Program-made: the position numbers and the translations under genes
Shown here: positions 57,152 through 64,000 of the stretch, one piece after another
Layout of the letters: the number at the start of each line of letters is the position of its first letter
Position numbering within the stretch: position 1 is the stretch's first letter
Source of the DNA: Eggerthellaceae bacterium
Lineage (GTDB): Bacteria > Bacteroidota > Bacteroidia > Bacteroidales > Bacteroidaceae
Length of the DNA stretch: 64,000 nt
Direction of reading: 5' to 3'
Assembly: GCA_963656105.1 (NCBI GenBank)
Contig: CAVKHW010000002.1
Span: forward strand, 78,436 to 142,435
Notes under the pieces: model-generated
Told to the model about the DNA's origin: nothing
Databases searched by the model: none
Seen by the model: only the letters and a program-made list of their open reading frames with translations

Positions 57152-58510
57152 ATGAAGCGAACCTTAACCATCTTGCTGCTTTTGTTAACCGTGTTGCTGA
57201 GCCTTCAAGCCCAGTCGCAAGTTTATGATGTCATGTCGTTCGGAGCTCGTGGCGATGGCCGTACCGACGACGCTGCGGCCATACAGCGCGCCATAGACCA
57301 GTGCAGTGCCGACGGCGGAGGAATGGTCTGCTTCCCGCGAAACCACACCTTTCTGGCTGGCCCTATACAAATCAAGTCGAATGTGGAGCTCCACCTCGAC
57401 GCTACGGCCACACTGAAAGCCCATCCCGATGAAAGTCTTTACCGCCTCAGCGCCTTCGGAAAAAACGAGGGCGAGGGCATGTTGTGGCTATGGGCCAAGG
57501 GTTGCACCAACCTGTCGTTCAGCGGACGGGGTGCCATCGACGGCAACGGAGTGGCTTTCATGGGGCGCGAACTGGCCGACTCCTACGAGTTGAAACCAGT
57601 TACCACCTTCGACCCACGCCCCCACGTGCTGACACTCTATGGATGCTCGAAAGTCAGCATGCGCGACCTCACCATCCGCGAGGGTGCCTACTGGACCGTG
57701 CATCTGGTGGGATGCGACGATGTAGTCATCGACGGCATCGACCTGCTCAACAACCTGAAGATACGCAATGGCGACGGCATCGACATCGACCACTCGTGCA
57801 ATGTGCGCATATCCAACTGCCATATCACCTCGGGCGACGATTGCATTTGTCTCAAGAACCGGCGCGAGTTTGCCCAATATGGGTCGTGCCACGACATCAC
57901 CGTCAGCAACTGCACCATGACTTCGCGGTCGTGCGCCGTGAAACTGGGGTCGGAAAACATGGACTCTATATATAATGTAACCATAGCCAACTGCATCATC
58001 ACGGCCAGCAACCGCGGCCTTGGCATACAAAACCGCGATGAGGGAGCAGTGACCGACGTGTCGTTCTCCAACATCATCATGGACTGCCGCCTCTGGTCGG
58101 ATGTGTGGTGGGGTAAAGCGGAGCCAATCTACGTCACATCCTATCCCCGTGCCGACGGCAACAATAAGGATGCCAACTGGCGGTTTCCCGAAGGTCAGAC
58201 CGAGGGACGGTCGGGACAGGTGAGCCGTATCTATTTCACCGATATCTTCGCCACGTCCGAAAACGGTTGTTTCATTGGCGGCGACACCGACACGAAGGTC
58301 AGCAACATTGTCCTGTCCAACGTGCATCTCAACCTGCGTCCGCTCACCGCCTACAAGGGCGGCATCTACGACAAGCGGCCTTGCAAGGGCGAAGGCTTCG
58401 TGCGCGACAAGGTGTACGGGCTTTATGTCGACAAGGCCACAGCCGTCAGTTCCGAGCGACTGCATGTCAATGCGGCCCCGGGTGTCGACTTCGCAGGTCA
58501 GCGCAACTGA
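57152..58510 (+). CDS. GH28-family glycoside hydrolase
   Basis: Signal peptide; FGARGDG..DD..AIQ.AID, RP, NGDGID, GDDCICLK, beta-helix. TATATTTG promoter at 57124-57131. Confidence 0.88.
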   Translation: MKRTLTILLLLLTVLLSLQAQSQVYDVMSFGARGDGRTDDAAAIQRAIDQCSADGGGMVCFPRNHTFLAGPIQIKSNVELHLDATATLKAHPDESLYRLSAFGKNEGEGMLWLWAKGCTNLSFSGRGAIDGNGVAFMGRELADSYELKPVTTFDPRPHVLTLYGCSKVSMRDLTIREGAYWTVHLVGCDDVVIDGIDLLNNLKIRNGDGIDIDHSCNVRISNCHITSGDDCICLKNRREFAQYGSCHDITVSNCTMTSRSCAVKLGSENMDSIYNVTIANCIITASNRGLGIQNRDEGAVTDVSFSNIIMDCRLWSDVWWGKAEPIYVTSYPRADGNNKDANWRFPEGQTEGRSGQVSRIYFTDIFATSENGCFIGGDTDTKVSNIVLSNVHLNLRPLTAYKGGIYDKRPCKGEGFVRDKVYGLYVDKATAVSSERLHVNAAPGVDFAGQRN

Positions 58511-58580
58511 CACCTCATTCTTGAACACATTATACAAAAACACACAATAATCTATAATTTTAACCCAATCAAATACGCTT

Positions 58581-61500
58581 ATGGAAAAATGTAAGAAACA
58601 ACTGAAGGCAGGATTGCGGCGACCGCTGCTATCTGCCGCTTTGTTGCTTTGCGGTGCCACGGCCATGGCACAAGGTCTGCGGACGGGTGTTATCACCGAT
58701 GCTCATGGCGAACCGCTTGTCGGCGTGAGTGTTCTCGAGCAAGGCACCCAGAACGGAACCACGACCGACAGCAACGGCCGTTATAGGCTGACCACCACCA
58801 AGGCCAACGCCAAGCTGAAAGTATCCTATACAGGCTACGAGCCCCAAGTCATCACCCCCGGACAAAACGTGCAGCTGAAAGAAAGCGATCAGATGCTCAA
58901 TGAGGTAGTGGTGGTGGGCTACGGCACCATGCGCCGCAAGGATGTCACGTCGTCCATTACCACCGTCGAGGCCAAAGACCTTAACCAAGGCGTGTTCACC
59001 GACCCCGCACAGATGCTGCAGGGCAAGGTGCCCGGACTCGTCGTAACCTCCACAGGCGATCCCAACGGCACACCAAGCATCTCGCTACGCGGTGCCTCGT
59101 CGCTCCGCACGGGCGAGGCCATGCAGCCCTACTATGTCATCGACGGCATTCCCGGAGTGGACATCTCCATGGTAGCTGCCGACGATATCGAGTCGATCGA
59201 TGTGCTGCGCGATGCCACCGCCACCGCCATCTACGGTTCGAAGGCGGCCAACGGTGTCATCATTATCACCACAAAGAAAGGAAAAGCCGGCCGAACCAAC
59301 GTCAGCTACAACGGATACGTGGGCTTCGACCAAGTGGCTAAAACGCTCGACATGATGAGTGCCGACCAACTGCGCCAGCTGGGACAGGCCACAGGAACAA
59401 CTATCGACGACAACGGCGGCAACGTCGACTGGCAGAAGGAAGTGCTGCGCACGGGCGTCAGCCATAACCATAACGTCAACATCAATGGTGGCAACGACAA
59501 GACCAAGTACATGGCCAGCGTGAGCTACCACAATCGGCAGGGTATCGTAAAGGGTAGCAACATGAGCCGTCTCAACATCCGCTCATTGCTCACCACATCG
59601 GTACTCAAGGACCACCTCGACCTCTCGGTGGGTGCCAACCTCATGTACGGCAAGTATGCCGGCGTAGCCATGTGGAACGAGGGCGCATCGGTCATGGATG
59701 CCATGAACTACTTCTCGCCGCTCAATCCCGTCGACTGGTCTGGCAACGACAAGAACTACAACCCCCTGCGCATGATCAACGAGGATACCGAGGAAAACAA
59801 CTGGAAACGACAGCAGTTCACCGCCAAGGCTACAGTGCACATCATCGACGGTCTCGACCTCAATGCCAACTACTCGTTCGGCAACCGCCAGCGCACCTCC
59901 AGCAGCTATCATTCGCACCAGTCGGAAATATACGTCAGCAAGAATGGACAGGCCAACCGTAGCACATACATGGGTCACGAACACACGTTCGAGGCGTATG
60001 CCAACTATAGCCATACCTTCAACAAGGTGCACAGCCTTTCGCTCATGGCCGGTTACTCATGGGAGGAGCGCGTCAACAACGACGGATTCGGACTCACCGT
60101 GTACAACTTCTACGACGACCATGTGAAATGGAACAACCTTACTTATGCCAGTATCATCGACGGCATCGAAGGAGTGGAGAGCGGAACCAAGGAAATCGTG
60201 CGCAACATATCGTTCTATGGACGTGTCAACTATTCGTTCAACAGCCGCTACATGCTACAGGCCACCATTCGACGTGACGGATCGTCGGTCTTCGGAAAAG
60301 ACAACCGCTGGGGTACCTTCCCGTCGGTCAGCGCAGCATGGAACATCACCGAGGAGCCTTTCATGAAGAACCAGAACGTGTTCTCTAACCTGAAGCTCCG
60401 CGTAGGATACGGTGTCAGCGGAAACGCACTGGGCTTCGGTGCCTACTCGGCTGTGACCACTTATGGCGCAAGCGGTTATTTCGATTATACCAACGAACAG
60501 GGACAGGTCATTTCATACCATACACTCGCTGCAACGAAAAATGCCAACGCAAAACTCAAATGGGAGTCTACAGGCATGTTCAACGTGGGCATTGACTATG
60601 CTTTCCTCAACGGGCGTATCAACGGAACCATCGAGTTCTATAACAAGAAGACATGGGACCTCATCTGGAACTATCCCGTGTCCGCCGATGTCTATCCTTA
60701 TGGCGAAATCAATGCTAATGTGGGCGAAATCACCAACCGTGGCGTGGAGTTCACCATCAATGCCGATGTCATACAGAAGAAAGATTTCCGTTGGAACACC
60801 TCGCTCAACCTTTCACACAACATGAACCGTGTGGACAAGCTCTCCAACGACATCTACCACACCGACAAGTTTATGCAGGGCGATCCCATGGTGGCCGGCG
60901 TCTCCAACAACGGCTACACGCAGCGCATCCTCGAGGGCGAACCGCTTGGCACGTTCTATACCTTCGAGTATGCAGGCTTCAACGACAAGGGTGAGGCCAC
61001 CTATTATGTACACGACAAGAATGGCAAGCGCACAGGCGAAGTAACCACCACGCCCGATGATACGCGCGACCGTACAATTACTGGCAGCGCACAGCCTAAG
61101 CTCAACCTCGGATGGAACAACTCGCTGACCTACAAGAACTGGTACCTGACAATGTTCTTTACCGGAGTCTTTGGCAACAAGATCTACAATGGCGCACGCG
61201 CCAGCTATATGGCCACCTCCAATTTGGCTTCGGCCAGCGGCACCAAGAACGTGCTCAGCGACTTCGCTACAGAGCAAATCACAACGCTCAGCGACGGTTC
61301 GAAGGTTGTCAACACTATGCCCAACTATCCTTCCGACCGTTGGATTGAGAATGGTAGCTATTTCCGCCTGCAGACGCTGACGCTGGGCTACACCTTCCGC
61401 AACTGCTTCGACGGATGGATCAATGATGCTACACTCTACTTCACTGCAAACAATGTGTTCACCATTACGGGTTACAAGGGACTCGACCCAGAGGTCGACA

Positions 61501-61589
61501 TGGGTGGAACATCGCCCGGCGTAGACTATCGCTGGAGCGTCTATCCGCACACACGTACCTACATGGTCGGCGTGAAAGTGAACTTTTAG
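58581..61589 (+). CDS. SusC/RagA-family TonB-dependent outer-membrane transporter
   Basis: N-terminal extension, EVVVVGYG, IESIDVLRDATATAIYGSKAANGVIIITTKKG, FPSVS.AW, LKWE, C-terminal YP..R...GVKVNF. Confidence 0.96.
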   Translation: MEKCKKQLKAGLRRPLLSAALLLCGATAMAQGLRTGVITDAHGEPLVGVSVLEQGTQNGTTTDSNGRYRLTTTKANAKLKVSYTGYEPQVITPGQNVQLKESDQMLNEVVVVGYGTMRRKDVTSSITTVEAKDLNQGVFTDPAQMLQGKVPGLVVTSTGDPNGTPSISLRGASSLRTGEAMQPYYVIDGIPGVDISMVAADDIESIDVLRDATATAIYGSKAANGVIIITTKKGKAGRTNVSYNGYVGFDQVAKTLDMMSADQLRQLGQATGTTIDDNGGNVDWQKEVLRTGVSHNHNVNINGGNDKTKYMASVSYHNRQGIVKGSNMSRLNIRSLLTTSVLKDHLDLSVGANLMYGKYAGVAMWNEGASVMDAMNYFSPLNPVDWSGNDKNYNPLRMINEDTEENNWKRQQFTAKATVHIIDGLDLNANYSFGNRQRTSSSYHSHQSEIYVSKNGQANRSTYMGHEHTFEAYANYSHTFNKVHSLSLMAGYSWEERVNNDGFGLTVYNFYDDHVKWNNLTYASIIDGIEGVESGTKEIVRNISFYGRVNYSFNSRYMLQATIRRDGSSVFGKDNRWGTFPSVSAAWNITEEPFMKNQNVFSNLKLRVGYGVSGNALGFGAYSAVTTYGASGYFDYTNEQGQVISYHTLAATKNANAKLKWESTGMFNVGIDYAFLNGRINGTIEFYNKKTWDLIWNYPVSADVYPYGEINANVGEITNRGVEFTINADVIQKKDFRWNTSLNLSHNMNRVDKLSNDIYHTDKFMQGDPMVAGVSNNGYTQRILEGEPLGTFYTFEYAGFNDKGEATYYVHDKNGKRTGEVTTTPDDTRDRTITGSAQPKLNLGWNNSLTYKNWYLTMFFTGVFGNKIYNGARASYMATSNLASASGTKNVLSDFATEQITTLSDGSKVVNTMPNYPSDRWIENGSYFRLQTLTLGYTFRNCFDGWINDATLYFTANNVFTITGYKGLDPEVDMGGTSPGVDYRWSVYPHTRTYMVGVKVNF

Positions 61590-61613
61590 GGTAAATAATT
61601 AAATGATTACAGT

Positions 61614-63230
61614 ATGAAAAAAAGTATATTGTTCATCTGTGCGGCCGGTATGCTGGGCATGGCCACAGGCTGCACCGACCTGGATGTCTCCGTCGATTCC
61701 CAATACACGAAGTATCCTACCACAGAGATAGCACGAGAAGCTATGCTCGCCGATGTCTATAACCAGCTCTTGGGCACATGGGGACGCCGCTACATGGAGG
61801 CGCAAGCCCTTTCGAGCGACGAATGGGTTGGTATCAGCTTCGGAGGCGACTACTATGACTCGGGTACCTATGCCAACGCCTGCCAACACAACTTCTCACC
61901 CGACGATGCTTCCATCGGCTGGTACGAGGATGTCTCTCGTGGTATCGTCAAAGCCAATTCGGCCATCCGAGACCTTGGTGGTAACGATGCCGGTACGTAT
62001 GTGGCCACAGCACGTGCCATGCGCGCTTTCTTCCACTTTGTGCTGATGGACAGCTATGGCGACGTGCCAATTCTCGACCACCCCATGAGCGAGACCGAAG
62101 TGTCTCAGCGTCAACCCCGCGCCAAAGTGGCGCAGTTCATCGCCAATGAGTTGGATTCCGTCATCCCGTTGCTTCCCACTGATGTTACCAACAATACCTA
62201 TGGCAAACCAACCCGGTGGATGGCAGAGGCTTTGCTCGCAAAACTCTACATCAACTGGTCGGTCTATACCGCCGCCAGTGTCGATGCGTACGATGCGGCC
62301 AGCTACACCAACGACAAGCTGAACCGTGTGGTGGAGCTTTGCGACGACATCATTAAGAGTGGAAAGTTCGACCTTACCGACGCTTACCTCTCTAAGTTCT
62401 ATCCCAACAATGGGTCACAAATCAAGGACTTCATCTATGCCATGCCCTACGATGCTATCAGAAACACGGGCATGCAGTACGGACGTCCACGCACATGGCG
62501 TAAGGCCAACGATAGTGGCGGAAGTTATTACGGTACAACGCTGTCCAAGTCGGTCGGCGGCAATTTCTCTATTACGCCAGAGATGTCCGACTTGCTCTTG
62601 GCATTGAGTAGCGACGACCGTCAGGGACATGTCTTGGCCGACACCATCCACCTCTACAGCCCCACCACCTATGAAAAGACGGCTTCTCCGTGGCTCTACA
62701 AAGGCAACCCAGTGGTGCTGAGCAAGACAATCACACTTGTGAACGAGGGTAGCCTCGATGTCGGCAATAACCTCAACGGTTACAACCAGGGCTACAAGTC
62801 GGTAAAATGGTTCATTACCGATAGCGACTTCAAGAACGACCGCAACCAGGGCAACGATGTGCCTATCTTCCGTTTGGCAGATGTTATTCTGATGAAGGCC
62901 GAGGCTATAACCCGTGGTGCTACCGCTACCAACGGCGATACGCCGCAAAGCCTCTTCAATCAGATACGTTCTTATGTCCACGCTCCTAACATCGACCACG
63001 CCCCGTCGTTGCAGGAAATATACGATGAACGTGGCCGTGAGTTCTTCGATGAGAACTGGCGCCGTAATGACATGATACGTTTCGGTCATTTCGAGGATGA
63101 GTATGGCTTCCACATGCATAAGTATGCCAAAGCTCGTTTCGACAAGACTTGCCGCGTGTTCCCCATTCCGACAACTGTGCTGAACAAGAACGGTTGGAGC
63201 CAGAACCCCGGCTACGCTACATCTAAGTAA
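61614..63230 (+). CDS. SusD/RagB-family glycan-binding lipoprotein
   Basis: Lipobox ATG-C; RAFFHF.LMD.YGDVP, LLAKLY.N, FRLADVIL..AEA, ERGREF..E.WRR.D.IRFG, QNPGY. Confidence 0.94.
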   Translation: MKKSILFICAAGMLGMATGCTDLDVSVDSQYTKYPTTEIAREAMLADVYNQLLGTWGRRYMEAQALSSDEWVGISFGGDYYDSGTYANACQHNFSPDDASIGWYEDVSRGIVKANSAIRDLGGNDAGTYVATARAMRAFFHFVLMDSYGDVPILDHPMSETEVSQRQPRAKVAQFIANELDSVIPLLPTDVTNNTYGKPTRWMAEALLAKLYINWSVYTAASVDAYDAASYTNDKLNRVVELCDDIIKSGKFDLTDAYLSKFYPNNGSQIKDFIYAMPYDAIRNTGMQYGRPRTWRKANDSGGSYYGTTLSKSVGGNFSITPEMSDLLLALSSDDRQGHVLADTIHLYSPTTYEKTASPWLYKGNPVVLSKTITLVNEGSLDVGNNLNGYNQGYKSVKWFITDSDFKNDRNQGNDVPIFRLADVILMKAEAITRGATATNGDTPQSLFNQIRSYVHAPNIDHAPSLQEIYDERGREFFDENWRRNDMIRFGHFEDEYGFHMHKYAKARFDKTCRVFPIPTTVLNKNGWSQNPGYATSK

Positions 63231-63237
63231 TCCAGCG

Positions 63238-63303
63238 AGTCTCCCGCTGATAGGGACACCCATTGCCCGTCGTGTCCCGTCAGTGGGAGACTTGTCGTTT
63301 TTT
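63238..63303 (+). terminator. Long hairpin + U-tract after susD
   Basis: AGTCTCCCGCTGA..GGGACAC / GTGTCCC.TCAGTGGGAGACT followed by a T-run. Confidence 0.6.
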
Positions 63304-63371
63304 AAAGGAGCAAACCTTACGAAAGCCTTTGCGGGACGATAAGGATTTTGCCTTGTTTTTCGTTTTTTTTG

Positions 63372-64000
63372 ATGCGCAGACTTCTGTTTTTTTTCATCCT
63401 GTTGTGTCATCTGCCAACACAGGCCAGTGTTCATGAACTATGCAGTTGGGTCGATCCCCGTATTGGCAGTGAGGGGTTGGGACGTACGTTTGTAGGCCCG
63501 TCCATGCCTTTCGGTATGGTAAAACCAGGCCCTGACTGTCTTTCGATGCCTAATGCTGGTTGGGCGCCCATGCCCGAGGTTGTCAAGGGTTTCACGCAGA
63601 CACACGTCAGTGGCACCGGCGGCGGCCAAAAGTATGGTAATGTGCTCATCCAGCCCATTCTGCTCAGTGACAAGCCAACCTTCCAACCCTTGCTGATGCC
63701 TGACGGAAGCGTCAGGCACATCCCCATCTATGCTCAGCGCCGCACTGCCGAGAGCTTATCGTTGGGCTACTATCGCTGTTCGTTCGAGAATGGGATCACT
63801 ACCGAAATTACGGCATCCGAGCGTTGTGCGCTCTATCGTATCACCCGTGCCGATGGATTGTTTGTTGATGTGGCATCGTTCCTTGGCATGGATTCCATAC
63901 CCGAAAAGCGTGAGGCGCAGCAATATGTTGGTTCTTCTCTTCGTCTTGTCAATGCCCATGAGGTGACTGGATATACCACTATTAGAGGCGGATGGAACAA
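63372..64000 (+). CDS. GH92-family glycoside hydrolase (alpha-mannosidase-like), 3' truncated by window edge
   Basis: Absent from the ORF track (no stop in window). Translation MRRLLFFFILL...WVDPRIGSEGLGRTFVGPSMPFGMVKPGPD...GFTQTHVSGTGGG.KYGN is the typical GH92 N-terminus. Confidence 0.88.
   Translation, partial: MRRLLFFFILLCHLPTQASVHELCSWVDPRIGSEGLGRTFVGPSMPFGMVKPGPDCLSMPNAGWAPMPEVVKGFTQTHVSGTGGGQKYGNVLIQPILLSDKPTFQPLLMPDGSVRHIPIYAQRRTAESLSLGYYRCSFENGITTEITASERCALYRITRADGLFVDVASFLGMDSIPEKREAQQYVGSSLRLVNAHEVTGYTTIRGGWN

Overview
Bacteroidota chromosomal window, very probably Prevotella-like. Support for this: TAnnTTTG promoters, T9SS porU/porV, SusC/SusD and short Prevotella-type C-terminal sorting domains. 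Most of it is housekeeping: porU(3' end)-porV-ispF, metG, fur-mutY, thyX, xerD/aroQ, rluA, nucleoside kinase, Na/Pi transporter, recG-ispD-DJ1, nadK, lpxH, tRNA-Pro/tRNA-Phe, murF, folP-cdaA-pta-ackA. It also carries carbohydrate-active modules and an eight-gene envelope-glycan modification cluster. No transposase, prophage or CRISPR-Cas was seen. The most notable observations: (1) three dispersed, highly diverged ~340-bp intergenic elements whose motifs keep identical spacing, built around 22-bp-period palindromes (GCGAWAG-N5-CTWTCGC), plus four other intergenic arrays with a 22-bp period; (2) a separately promoted UbiA + HAD + GtrA/DUF6080-like fusion unit that looks like a lipid-linked ribofuranose transfer system; (3) a promoter- and terminator-bounded ~190-nt sRNA candidate with repeated motifs inside that cluster; (4) a chorismate mutase with a signal peptide; (5) a deaminase-like CxE...PxCxxxC module fused to RluA. 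All family calls come from motif recognition by eye; no database search was run.
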